From contig CAMBUO010000006.1 in assembly GCA_945871105.1 (NCBI GenBank), forward strand, positions 7,452-71,451: DNA of 64,000 nt. The letters run 5' to 3'. Source of the DNA: an uncultured Clostridia bacterium. GTDB lineage: Bacteria > Bacillota_I > Bacilli_A > RF39 > UBA660. This document shows, piece by piece, positions 20,752-30,869 of the stretch. Each line of letters starts with the position of its first letter. Position 1 is the stretch's first letter. Under the pieces are notes generated by a model. The model saw only the letters and a list, made by a program, of their open reading frames with translations, was not told the origin of the DNA and ran no database searches. The position numbers and the translations under genes are program-made.

Positions 20752-21621
20752 TTAATCTTCATGAATAATTTTTAAAGATTCTTGAATAGTTTCTTTAAAG
20801 TCTTGAAAATTAACGTTAACCCAATTTACATCCATTTGATGTTTAAAAAAAGTATATTGTCTTTTAATAAAATGTCTTGTATTTTTCTTTATATTATTAA
20901 TAGCTTCTTCTAAAGTAACTTGATTATCAAAGTAAGCATATAATTCTTTATAACCAATTCCTGTTTCTATAGCTTTACTACGAATACCTTGATTATATAA
21001 ATTTTTAACTTCTTCAATCAATCCTTCTTCAACCATCAAATCAACTCTTTTATCAACTATTTCATATAATTTATCTCTTGGACAAGTTAAACCAATAATT
21101 GTAAAATCATATAATTTTTTATAAATATCTGTTTTTATATTATTACCATTTTTTATTTTATTTAATTCTCTTATTAATCTTTTTCGATTATTAACATGAA
21201 TATCTGTTTCATGATCCTTTTTTATTTCAGATAATATTTCTTCATTAGTTAAATCATGGTAATCATCTTGAATACTTTCTTCTTGAAATTTATAATCATA
21301 CAATAAACTTTTTAAATACAAGCCTGACCCACCAACGATAATAACATTTCTATTTTCTTTTATAAACTTATCTAATAAACATCTTCCATCTTGTTGATAT
21401 TTATAAATATTATAATCTTCTAAAGGAGTACAAATATCAAATAAATAATGCTCTATTCCTTCTTTTTCATTTTCTTTTATTTTAGCCGTTCCTATATCTA
21501 ACCCTTTATAAACTTGCATACTATCACCATTAATAATAACAGCATTCATTTTTTTAGCAAGTTCAATACTTAATTTCGTTTTACCAACACCAGTTGGTCC
21601 TACAATAACAATAATTTTCAT
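20752..21621 (-). CDS. miaA: tRNA dimethylallyltransferase
   Basis: IVIVGPTGVGKTKLSIELAKKMNAVIINGDSMQVYKGLDIGTAKI. Confidence 0.92.
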   Translation of the reverse strand: MKIIVIVGPTGVGKTKLSIELAKKMNAVIINGDSMQVYKGLDIGTAKIKENEKEGIEHYLFDICTPLEDYNIYKYQQDGRCLLDKFIKENRNVIIVGGSGLYLKSLLYDYKFQEESIQDDYHDLTNEEILSEIKKDHETDIHVNNRKRLIRELNKIKNGNNIKTDIYKKLYDFTIIGLTCPRDKLYEIVDKRVDLMVEEGLIEEVKNLYNQGIRSKAIETGIGYKELYAYFDNQVTLEEAINNIKKNTRHFIKRQYTFFKHQMDVNWVNVNFQDFKETIQESLKIIHED

Positions 21622-22328
21622 TTTATACCTCTCTTATAAATAGCTAAAGCTTTTCTTTTATTTAAATTTGTTCGATATTTATCTAAAGATTCATTATTAT
21701 AAACAGAAATTTTACTTAATATTTCTTTATAATGTTCTTGAAAATATTTTTCTAAACTGATTAAAACATATTTATTTTCAGATAGTCTTTGATTATTAAT
21801 AATTATACTAATCCCATCACCATTTAATTTAAAACTAATTAACCTAGTTCCTGCTAAATTAACTAATAAATCATTATAAAAATCATTATCTAATAAAGAA
21901 TTAGTATTTTTATAATCTAATAAAGATTTTAAATAAGGAAACATTAAATCTAAAGAATTATCAATATAACTATTATAATGACTTTGAACTCCACTTTGAT
22001 TAATAAATGGTTTAATCGTTGTATTATTAATAACTAATTGTAAATTTAAATAATCTTCATTATATATTTGTCTAGGATCAAGATAAATTTTAAAGTTTTG
22101 AATATGATATTTAATTAATTTATTTGTTATATCATCATATAATTGCTTTAAAACTACATACCTAACCTGTCTTTTATTAGTTATTTCTTGATTAATTTTT
22201 TCTAATGTTAAAGAACCAGAAAGATAACCAATATTCTCTGATAATTTTCCAAAGTCGGAATATCGTAAAATATTAGCTAAACGATTGTTTAAATTTTCTG
22301 ATACTATATCAATATCATCTGTTAGCAT
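21618..22328 (-). CDS. hypothetical protein (236 aa) wedged between mutL and miaA
   Basis: Long ORF with coding-like composition and an ATGA overlap with miaA. I recognise no motif. Confidence 0.6.
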   Translation of the reverse strand: MLTDDIDIVSENLNNRLANILRYSDFGKLSENIGYLSGSLTLEKINQEITNKRQVRYVVLKQLYDDITNKLIKYHIQNFKIYLDPRQIYNEDYLNLQLVINNTTIKPFINQSGVQSHYNSYIDNSLDLMFPYLKSLLDYKNTNSLLDNDFYNDLLVNLAGTRLISFKLNGDGISIIINNQRLSENKYVLISLEKYFQEHYKEILSKISVYNNESLDKYRTNLNKRKALAIYKRGIK

Positions 22329-22336
22329 ATTCTCCT

Positions 22337-24097
22337 CTACATAGCTCTTTTAAAGAGTTTTTCTAAATCATATTTTGTATAAGCAATAATAGTTGGTCTT
22401 CCATGGGGACAAGTAAAAGGATTTTTGGTATGTCTTAATTCATTTATTAAATAAGTCATATCAGGCATCGTAATAACATCCCCAGCTTTAATACTCATTT
22501 TACAAGCTAAAGTAATTGATACTTTTTCATTAAATTTATCTTCATCAAAATCTTCATTCATAATAATAATATCAATTATTTTTTTAATTGCTTCTAAGGG
22601 TGCATATTTAGGAATCCAAGTAGGATGTGTTCTTATAATTAAAGTATTAGTACCAAATTCTTCATATTTAAAACCTAAACGATCTAAAATAGAAAAATTC
22701 TTACTTAAAATTAAATATTCATTAGCTGGTAATTCAATTTTATAAGGAACTAAAACATCAATTGTATTCTTAGAATGGGTACTTAAAGCATGATAATATT
22801 TTTCATAGTTAATACGTTCAGCGGCTGCATGTTGATCAATTATAAACATACCATCAGGATTTTCACAGATAATATAAGTTCCATGAACTATTCCAATTGG
22901 ATACATATCTTTAATCCGACTATCTTCTGGAAATTCTTCATAAGTTTCTTTTTCTTCTTGAATAGAAAAATCAAAGGTAAGTTCTTCTAACTTTTTTACT
23001 TCCTTAATTTCTTCTTTAATAACTTCAGGAGAGTTAAATAAATCATTATTTACATTTAAATCATCTTGGTAATAATTATCTTCAACGTTTTCATTAATAA
23101 CTTTAGGTATTAAAGTCTTTTTACTTAATTTATTACTAATCGTTTCCATAATTAAATTTAATAAATTATCTTGTTTGGAAAACTTAACTTCCATTTTCGT
23201 AGGATGAACATTCACATCAACTAAGAAAGGATCCACTTCGATATTTAAAACAATATAAGGATAACGATCTTTTGGTATATAAGTATGATATGCTTCTAAA
23301 ATAGCTTTAATAATCTCATTATTACGAACAACTCTATTATTAACAAGTAAAGTAATACTTCCTCGATTACTTTTAGTTAATTCAGGATATGATATATAAC
23401 CAGATATTTTATAATCATTATTCATATTTTCTATAAACATCATTTTATTAGCAACTATAAGACCATATATATTTAAAATAGTTTTTAATAAATCACCTGA
23501 TCCACTAGTATTTAATAGTTCTTTAGAATTATTAATTAATATAAATTTAATATTTGGATAACTTAAAGCCATTTTATTTAAATAATCACTTATATTAGCA
23601 AGTTCTGTGTATAAACTTTTTAAATATTTTAAACGAACAGGAGTATTATAGAATAAATCTTTAACAATGATGGTCGTTCCTTGTTTTAAATCACAAGATT
23701 TAATTTCTTTTATTACTCCTCCTACTAATTCAACCATGGTACCTGTTTTCCCATCACTAGTTTTTAAAGTAACATTAGATACACTGGCAATTGAAGGAAG
23801 TGCTTCACCTCTAAAACCTAAAGAATTAATATTAAATAAATCATCTAAAGATTTTAATTTACTTGTAGCATGTCTTGAAAAAGCTAAAACTGCATCATCT
23901 TTATCCATACCAATACCATCATCAATTACTTTAATTTCTTTAACTCCACTATCAATAAGTTCAACTTTAATCATTGTACTTTTAGCATCAATTGAATTTT
24001 CCACTAATTCCTTAACAACATTCATCGTTTTTTCAACAACTTCTCCAGCTGCAATCTTATTAGCTAAATCTTCATTCATTACTTGAATTTTACTCAC
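22337..24097 (-). CDS. mutL: DNA mismatch repair endonuclease MutL
   Basis: ANKIAAGEVVE, DDGIGMDKDD and the endonuclease motif DQHAAAERINYE. I prefer the GTG at 24097 (GGTGG lies 5 nt upstream), giving VSKIQVMNEDLANKIAAGEVV, over the TTG at 24112. Confidence 0.9.
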   Translation of the reverse strand: MSKIQVMNEDLANKIAAGEVVEKTMNVVKELVENSIDAKSTMIKVELIDSGVKEIKVIDDGIGMDKDDAVLAFSRHATSKLKSLDDLFNINSLGFRGEALPSIASVSNVTLKTSDGKTGTMVELVGGVIKEIKSCDLKQGTTIIVKDLFYNTPVRLKYLKSLYTELANISDYLNKMALSYPNIKFILINNSKELLNTSGSGDLLKTILNIYGLIVANKMMFIENMNNDYKISGYISYPELTKSNRGSITLLVNNRVVRNNEIIKAILEAYHTYIPKDRYPYIVLNIEVDPFLVDVNVHPTKMEVKFSKQDNLLNLIMETISNKLSKKTLIPKVINENVEDNYYQDDLNVNNDLFNSPEVIKEEIKEVKKLEELTFDFSIQEEKETYEEFPEDSRIKDMYPIGIVHGTYIICENPDGMFIIDQHAAAERINYEKYYHALSTHSKNTIDVLVPYKIELPANEYLILSKNFSILDRLGFKYEEFGTNTLIIRTHPTWIPKYAPLEAIKKIIDIIIMNEDFDEDKFNEKVSITLACKMSIKAGDVITMPDMTYLINELRHTKNPFTCPHGRPTIIAYTKYDLEKLFKRAM

Positions 24098-24179
24098 ACA
24101 AACCACCAGCAATATTGTATCAAAAAAAAGAATAAATATAAACTACTTTACATATTTATTTTTTTGTAAAAATAAATTA

Positions 24180-24206
24180 CAAAAAAAACTAATGATTTAC
24201 ATTAGT
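24180..24206 (-). terminator. Rho-independent terminator
   Basis: Minus strand ACTAATG-taaat-CATTAGT followed by TTTTTTTT. It overlaps the stop codon of the 300-aa ORF. Confidence 0.65.
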
Positions 24207-25108
24207 TAAATAGCTTTACTTTTGCTTTCTTCATCAACTATTCCTAAGAAAGCTTCTTGTTGACTAACTGTATCACTTAATTGATTAATTTCAGCTAAAA
24301 CATCATTTAATTCTTGAGTTAAAGCCATATTTTCTTCAATTAATTCACGTTTTCTTGCTTCACATAAAGCATTATTTTGTTCAACTTGTTTTCTTAGATT
24401 CATTAATATTTCTTTTTGCGTTGCTAAAGAATCAGCTGTGGTAGCTTTTTGTTCCATTAAAGTTTGAAATTCTACAACATTACTATCTTCTTTAGGTTCT
24501 TCTTTTACACCTTTAGAAATTGTAGTATCCTCATTTCTTAACCAACTATATGGTTTTTCTTCTGCAGATTCTTTTGTTGGAACTTCTTCCTCTTTTGGCT
24601 CAGTTTTTGGCTCACTTGGAGTCATCGCTTCAAATGATTTAGAAAAATCATAAACATTTTTTACTTCTTCTTTTGGTTCATTAAGTTCTAACGGTTTAAC
24701 ATTATTCTTAACGTTTTTAGTAAATTCAATTACTTTAGCAGCTACTCTTAACTTACGACTAGAAGTTATTTTATTAATTAATGCTTTATTAGTACAGGTA
24801 ACACCTTTATTAGTTAATCTTTTTTCACATTCAGCAGCATCAGGAAAATTAACTACATTATCAGGTGCAGTATTATTAGCTGCAACTGGTTTATTAGTTG
24901 GTTCACTTTTAGTTTCAACTGGTTTTTCTATTTCAGGTGCTGGAGCTACTGGTGTTGGTGTCTCTACATTGGCATTTTTTACACTTTGCTTTAAATTAGA
25001 TGTTTTGGTTTTAAAAGTTTGGATTGCACTTAACTTAGCTGGTTTTCGTCCAACTATTTTCTTATTTTCATCTAATTTACCATCAGTTACGGTGATTTTA
25101 TCTAGCAT
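24206..25108 (-). CDS. hypothetical protein, Pro/Glu/Lys-rich disordered region plus C-terminal coiled coil
   Basis: 300-aa ORF. The C-terminal ~80 aa have heptad-like Leu/Glu/Gln periodicity (LMNLRKQVEQNNALCEARKRELIEENMALTQELNDVLAEINQL). I recognise no family. Confidence 0.55.
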   Translation of the reverse strand: MLDKITVTDGKLDENKKIVGRKPAKLSAIQTFKTKTSNLKQSVKNANVETPTPVAPAPEIEKPVETKSEPTNKPVAANNTAPDNVVNFPDAAECEKRLTNKGVTCTNKALINKITSSRKLRVAAKVIEFTKNVKNNVKPLELNEPKEEVKNVYDFSKSFEAMTPSEPKTEPKEEEVPTKESAEEKPYSWLRNEDTTISKGVKEEPKEDSNVVEFQTLMEQKATTADSLATQKEILMNLRKQVEQNNALCEARKRELIEENMALTQELNDVLAEINQLSDTVSQQEAFLGIVDEESKSKAI

Positions 25109-25119
25109 GATATCCCCTC

Positions 25120-25380
25120 CTATTCATTTTTTGAAAGTTCTCTTAAAAGATCTTTAATTCTTGACCATTCATTATCATCACTTACAGTAGTTAAAGTTGC
25201 CTCATCACCAACTCTTGTTACATTAGAAACATAAATAGTTACATTTCCATTTTCATCTTTTTCATTTTTTGTATATATAACGTATTCCTTATTATTATCA
25301 TTAAATTTAAAAGATAATAAAAGTTCTACTTCTTCTTTAGTTCCATTTTCTAAAGTTAAAGTCATCATTTCTTTTTCCAT
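25120..25380 (-). CDS. DUF1292 (UPF0473)-family small acidic protein
   Basis: 86 aa. The pattern ...ENGTKEEVELLLSFKFNDNNKEYVIYT...DEWSRIKDLL resembles YrzB/DUF1292 proteins. Confidence 0.6.
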   Translation of the reverse strand: MEKEMMTLTLENGTKEEVELLLSFKFNDNNKEYVIYTKNEKDENGNVTIYVSNVTRVGDEATLTTVSDDNEWSRIKDLLRELSKNE

Positions 25381-25479
25381 AACATATCCTCCATATCTTC
25401 TAATATCATTTTATCATATTTCTTCATAAATTCAAGTAGTTTGACAAATTATTTTATTAAAAAAAGAAGTTTTTTTCAT

Positions 25480-25767
25480 TTACTTCTTCTTTTCTTTCTT
25501 AATTAAAAAATAATTACAATTAAAAGCACATAGTTCTTTTAAATAATTGTCCTTAGTTTTAATATCATTTATTTTATTAAAACGACTATTATTTTTCTCA
25601 CAAAAACCTTTTAAACGAAGTTTATTATAAGCATAATCTCCTAAGATATAATCAAAATCATAAAAATAATCCGTATATTTTTCTTGTAATTCTTCTAAAT
25701 TTAAACAATCATTTTTATTTTCTATTATTAAATAATTATTATTTTCTAATTGAATTTTTTTATCCAT
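25480..25767 (-). CDS. YutD-like (DUF1027) protein
   Basis: YLIIENKNDCLNLEELQEKYTDYFYDFDYILGDYAYNKLRLKGF matches the conserved DUF1027 core (yd-yIvGDw-y-qLRLKGF). Confidence 0.6.
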   Translation of the reverse strand: MDKKIQLENNNYLIIENKNDCLNLEELQEKYTDYFYDFDYILGDYAYNKLRLKGFCEKNNSRFNKINDIKTKDNYLKELCAFNCNYFLIKKEKKK

Positions 25768-25812
25768 AACACCACCAAGTTAATATTATCATATTTTAAA
25801 ATAAATTCCTAG

Positions 25813-27519
25813 TTATTTACCATAAGTTCGATTAAAAGCACTAAACTGAGATTTATATTTACTAAGATTAGAACCCGAATTCCAAGTCATATATCCACCC
25901 GTTAAGCCAGCATCATATAAACCATTTATTTGTTCTGTTAACTTTTCACCGTTATAAATAACCGTTGGTTTCCAATATGGAGTATCATAGGCCGTTATCC
26001 AAGTTCTAGCAATAGCTGGAGTTTTTATTTCACTTTGTCTTAAAGCAGCCGTTTTTCCCCAATTTAACATTGTTTGATAAGGATTAGTCCAATAAGTTTC
26101 TTTTTTTTCAAAATGATCAACATAAGGCATAGCACTTATGGCATCAACGACATTAGAAATAGCTGGCCAGTATTGACCATAAGCTGTTACATAACCCCAA
26201 GAAGATTCACCAAAGACATCAGCCGATACATATACATTTAACTTATGAAGTTCATAGGTTGCATACATTAAAAATCTTTGAATAGCTTCCGCTTTAGTTT
26301 CATTATAGGTATTATGAAAATCAATGTTTTTATAAGAACTAATACGATCAGGAAAACGAACATAATCAAATTGAATTTCATTAAAACCAAATAAATTAAC
26401 TGCTTCTTTCGCAAGATTTAAAGTAAACTCCCAAACTCTTCTTGAATATGGCGTTGGCCAATAAGATCCTCCATGTTTTAATAAAGAACCATCTGTTTTT
26501 GAAATAGCATTTTCTTTATTATCTAAAGCATAATAATCATCTTTAAAAGTAGTAATTCTGCCAATTACATAAAAACCATTTTCTTTTAATAAATTAATTG
26601 CATATTTATAATCTTCAATTGTATTATTAGCATACTTATAATTAGTTGGTGAATAAGTTTCATATACTTTACTTTGATATGCCGGAACACAATTATCTTT
26701 AATATCAACAACAAAAGCATTGATTTTCGTTGTTTTAGCATAATCAATATAACCTTGAATACTGTTTTTTATTCCTCTTGCTCCATTTATATATAAAGCA
26801 TATACTTCTTGAGGCATTTTATTATCTTCAAAATTAGCTTTCGTAACCGGATAATAATCTAAAGATCCCCCATTACCTCCACCTAATTTATCCGTTCTTT
26901 CAGCATGAATTTTATAAATACCTTCTTCATCATAATTTTTAAGAGCATCTTCTTCGTTAGCTAATAAATATTCACTTAAAAAATATCCTTCTTCTTCACC
27001 AACTTTTACTTTATAAAGATCAACACTCCCGTCATCTAATAACTTATTAAAACCAATTACTTTAACACTTTCACCCTTTTTAACTAAAGATAACAAATTA
27101 CCATCTAAATCTTTCTTTAAATTAGCTGATGTTCTTACATACAAAGTATCTTCTAAGACAACTCCTTCTTTTTTAGAAACAATATTATCTTTTAAAACAT
27201 AATAGTTTTTATCTTCATAAATAATTTTTAAATACTCTTTATCTTCATAAATAAGACTACTATCTGGAAAATATTTAATTTCTTTTCCACGTACCAAAGA
27301 ATCTTTCTTTTCTAAACTCTCTTTTTCTTCTTCTTTTAGATATTCATATAAATCAATTGTATAAGTACTACTAGCTAAATAACCTTTTTCCTTCTTTTCA
27401 ATTAAAATATTATCTTTTTTAGTAAAAATAAAGATACAACAACAAATAAAAATAATAACAACAAATAAAAACATAATACTTTTAACTTTAACTTTACGTT
27501 TACTTTTCTTTTTTTCCAT
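25813..27519 (-). CDS. membrane-anchored putative glycoside hydrolase (GHL/DUF4015-type TIM barrel) with N-terminal SH3-like region
   Basis: N-terminal TM segment. INAFVVDIKDN, GRITTFKD and NEIQFDYVRFPD are typical of the putative glycosyl hydrolase-like family. Confidence 0.65.
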   Translation of the reverse strand: MEKKKSKRKVKVKSIMFLFVVIIFICCCIFIFTKKDNILIEKKEKGYLASSTYTIDLYEYLKEEEKESLEKKDSLVRGKEIKYFPDSSLIYEDKEYLKIIYEDKNYYVLKDNIVSKKEGVVLEDTLYVRTSANLKKDLDGNLLSLVKKGESVKVIGFNKLLDDGSVDLYKVKVGEEEGYFLSEYLLANEEDALKNYDEEGIYKIHAERTDKLGGGNGGSLDYYPVTKANFEDNKMPQEVYALYINGARGIKNSIQGYIDYAKTTKINAFVVDIKDNCVPAYQSKVYETYSPTNYKYANNTIEDYKYAINLLKENGFYVIGRITTFKDDYYALDNKENAISKTDGSLLKHGGSYWPTPYSRRVWEFTLNLAKEAVNLFGFNEIQFDYVRFPDRISSYKNIDFHNTYNETKAEAIQRFLMYATYELHKLNVYVSADVFGESSWGYVTAYGQYWPAISNVVDAISAMPYVDHFEKKETYWTNPYQTMLNWGKTAALRQSEIKTPAIARTWITAYDTPYWKPTVIYNGEKLTEQINGLYDAGLTGGYMTWNSGSNLSKYKSQFSAFNRTYGK

Positions 27520-27610
27520 ATCTACTCCTACTTTTATTATTTATATTTTTTTTATTTTTATGTCAATTATTACCACTTAATTGTAACAAATTTTCTAATG
27601 AAAGTCTATA

Positions 27611-28309
27611 TCATTTTTTTAAATATAATATCTTAGTAACTTTATTTTCTACTAAAAATTTACTTTCTAAATTAGCTAATAAACTTAAATTATTACTAAC
27701 ATACCAAGCTAATTCTGTGTCATAATTAGTTATAAAATCTATTAAAAACTTTTTAATCTTTTTATCACTTTTAAAAAACATATTAACAATAGTAAGAAAA
27801 GAATAATCCTTATTTTGATAAAATATTTCTTCAAGAAATTTATTAGCAAAATAAGTTAAAATAAGTTCTCGTTTAAAAAATCTATTTTCAATATAAATAA
27901 ATCCTAAACCTTGATAATCATCTTCTTCCATTTCTATTAATAAACTTAATTTAAATTCTTCATAATAATTATTTAAAGTATTTAAATATTGTTGTTCTTC
28001 TAAATCATTAGTTTCTCCAATTATTTTACTTAAAATAATATGTAATTCAAAATAATTAAGTAAATCAGAACAATTATTTAAATAATAATCACTTATATAA
28101 AAGATAAAAGTTTTATCTGTTTGAAATTTAAAAATTAAATTTTTAAGAAACTCATAGTTTAATTTTAATTTATTACTACAATTAAAATAATAAGTTTTAT
28201 CTTGGGTTATAGTAATTAAATTTAACATGAAGGTAAAATTATCTTCTAAACTATTTCTTTCTTCTTTAGTTAATTTATTTTCTATATATTTTTTAATAAG
28301 TTCTTCCAT
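27611..28309 (-). CDS. hypothetical cytoplasmic protein (232 aa)
   Basis: Long ORF with its own promoter-like region. No recognisable motif. Confidence 0.5.
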   Translation of the reverse strand: MEELIKKYIENKLTKEERNSLEDNFTFMLNLITITQDKTYYFNCSNKLKLNYEFLKNLIFKFQTDKTFIFYISDYYLNNCSDLLNYFELHIILSKIIGETNDLEEQQYLNTLNNYYEEFKLSLLIEMEEDDYQGLGFIYIENRFFKRELILTYFANKFLEEIFYQNKDYSFLTIVNMFFKSDKKIKKFLIDFITNYDTELAWYVSNNLSLLANLESKFLVENKVTKILYLKK

Positions 28310-28323
28310 AAGTTAATTGTATC

Positions 28324-28354
28324 AAAAAAAGAAAGAAATGATAACACTTCTTTC
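28324..28354 (-). terminator. Rho-independent terminator after parC
   Basis: Minus strand GAAAGAA-10 nt-TTCTTTC followed by TTTTTTT. Confidence 0.65.
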
Positions 28355-28360
28355 ATTATT

Positions 28361-30865
28361 TTATAAAAAATCATCAATTGTTAATAATCTATCATCTATT
28401 TCTTGAATAGATATTCTTGGTTTAGTACTAGTTGGTTGAATATTTACTTCTACTTCTTTTTCTTTTTTTTCTAAAGAAACTAAGATATTCACGTCTTCTA
28501 TATTATTTTTCGTAATAGTACTTCCCGTTGAATAACGATCTAAAATAGGAAGTTCGGTTAATTTCATGATAATATTTTCACTACTTCTAATGACTAAATG
28601 CGTATTAGCATTTTCGGTAAATGTTTTTAAAACATGATAAGGATTACTCTTAATTTCTTTTAAAATCATTAAACCACGTCTAGCTCTACTTGATTTTTCA
28701 AATTCACTTAATTTCATTCTTTTACCAGTCTTTTTATCCGTTATTAAAGAAATATACTCAATATTATCAAAGTTATTAACTGATACCACTTCTTCTTTGT
28801 CTTTTAGATTAATTGATTTAACACCACTTGTTCTAAGACCAACAACTGGTATTTCATTAATATCATACCAAAGACCATAACCAGAATTAGTAGCAACAAA
28901 AATATTATTATATTTTGATAAGAAAGCACTTATTAATCTATCATCATCTTTTAATTTCATACAATTAACTGCTTTATTATAACGAAGTAATTTAAATTCA
29001 TTTAATTTAGTACGTTTAATCATACCATTTTTACTTGCTAATAGAATATCTAAATCTTCTTTAAAATCAGTAACTTTTAAACAAGAAATAACTTCTTCCC
29101 CTTCATTTAAAGTAATTAAATTACTAATATGTTTACCAATATCTTTCCATTTTAAATCAAAGATTGTATAAACCGGGATAAATAAGAAATTACCAAGATT
29201 AGTAAATACTAATAAAGTATCTAAAGTATTAGCTTCATATAAACCTAATAAATAATCATTATCTTTTAAAACTGGTTCCATATCACTTGATGAATATGAT
29301 CTGATACTAGATCTTTTAATATAACCATCCTTAGTTAACATAACAATAACATCTTCTTTGGGAATCATATCTTTTTCATCAATAGTAATATCTAATACTT
29401 CATCTCTTATTTCAGTTTTTCTTGGAGTAGCATACTCTTTTTTAATATTTCTTAATTCTTGTTTCATAACTTCTTTTAATTTTTCTTTATCTGATAAAAT
29501 TAAAGTTAAACCAGCAATTATTTTATTTAAATTAGCATATTCGGTTTTAAAATCTTCAATATCAGAATTGGTTAAACGATATAATTGTAAAGTAACAATA
29601 TAAGTAGCTTGAATTTCCGTAAAAGCATATTCACTGACTAAATTATTAATAGCATCAGCTTTATTTTTACTAGCACGAATGGTTTTAATAACTTGATCAA
29701 GAATAGAGATAGCTTTAATCATTCCTTCAACAATATGCATTCTTTCTTTAGCTTTTCTTAAATCAAACTCTGTTCTTCTAGTAATTATTTCTTCTAAGTG
29801 ATTAATATAAGCATCAATTATTTGAATAACTCCAAGAGTCATCGGAGTACGATTAACAATAGCTACCATATTATAATTATAATTAATTTGTAAATCACTA
29901 TTTTTATAAAAATAATTTAAAACTAATTCCCAATTAGCATCTTTTTTTAAATCAATAACAATACGAACAGGTTCATGACGATCAGATTCATCACGAATTT
30001 CTATGACACCATCAATTTTTTTATCAAGAACAAGTTCACTCATTCTTTTAACAAGCATAGCTTTATTTACATCATATGGTATTTCCCGAACGATTAATTG
30101 TTCTTTCCCTTTTTCTTTCACATAATCAACTTTACTACGAAGAATAACTTTACCCCGACCAGTTGTTAAAGCTTCTCTTATCCCTTCTTTACCTGAGGCA
30201 ATACCCCCCGTTGGAAAATCAGGTCCTTTAATAATATCTAAAATAGTCTCTTCCCGACAATTAGGACTGTCGATTCTTTTAATAGTAGCATCAATAACTT
30301 CTCCTAAATTATGCGGAGGAATATTCGTGGCATAACCGGCTGATATACCAGTTGATCCATTTACTAAAAGATTAGGAAATTTAGCTGGTAAAACTGTTGG
30401 TTCTTTTAAAGAATCATCAAAGTTAGGAGCCCAAACAATTGTATTTTTATCAATATCTTTTAAAAGTTCTAAACTAATTTTCGATAATCTGGCTTCAGTG
30501 TAACGCATAGCAGCAGCCGAATCACCATCCATCGATCCATTGTTACCTTGCATTTCAATATAAGGCGTATTTTGTTTCCACCATTCACTCATACGAACCA
30601 TAGCATCATAGATACTAGAATCACCATGGGGATGATATTTTCCCATAACATCTCCAACAATTCTCGCACTTTTTCGAAATGGTTTATCAGGAGTATAACC
30701 AGATTCATACATGCCATATAAAATACGTCTTTGAACCGGTTTTAACCCATCACGAACATCAGGAATAGCTCTATCTTGAATTATCGATTTAGCATAACGA
30801 CTAAAACGATCTTCCATGATATCTTCAAGCGTTGTATCATATATTTTCTTAATTAATTCATTCAT
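28361..30865 (-). CDS. parC: DNA topoisomerase IV subunit A
   Basis: Type IIA A-subunit with AAAMRYTEARL (active-site Tyr). At the position where GyrA has the GyrA-box (QxRGGKG), this protein reads GYIKRSSIRSYSS. It is paired with a 636-aa B subunit. Confidence 0.85.
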   Translation of the reverse strand: MNELIKKIYDTTLEDIMEDRFSRYAKSIIQDRAIPDVRDGLKPVQRRILYGMYESGYTPDKPFRKSARIVGDVMGKYHPHGDSSIYDAMVRMSEWWKQNTPYIEMQGNNGSMDGDSAAAMRYTEARLSKISLELLKDIDKNTIVWAPNFDDSLKEPTVLPAKFPNLLVNGSTGISAGYATNIPPHNLGEVIDATIKRIDSPNCREETILDIIKGPDFPTGGIASGKEGIREALTTGRGKVILRSKVDYVKEKGKEQLIVREIPYDVNKAMLVKRMSELVLDKKIDGVIEIRDESDRHEPVRIVIDLKKDANWELVLNYFYKNSDLQINYNYNMVAIVNRTPMTLGVIQIIDAYINHLEEIITRRTEFDLRKAKERMHIVEGMIKAISILDQVIKTIRASKNKADAINNLVSEYAFTEIQATYIVTLQLYRLTNSDIEDFKTEYANLNKIIAGLTLILSDKEKLKEVMKQELRNIKKEYATPRKTEIRDEVLDITIDEKDMIPKEDVIVMLTKDGYIKRSSIRSYSSSDMEPVLKDNDYLLGLYEANTLDTLLVFTNLGNFLFIPVYTIFDLKWKDIGKHISNLITLNEGEEVISCLKVTDFKEDLDILLASKNGMIKRTKLNEFKLLRYNKAVNCMKLKDDDRLISAFLSKYNNIFVATNSGYGLWYDINEIPVVGLRTSGVKSINLKDKEEVVSVNNFDNIEYISLITDKKTGKRMKLSEFEKSSRARRGLMILKEIKSNPYHVLKTFTENANTHLVIRSSENIIMKLTELPILDRYSTGSTITKNNIEDVNILVSLEKKEKEVEVNIQPTSTKPRISIQEIDDRLLTIDDFL

Positions 30866-30869
30866 CTAA

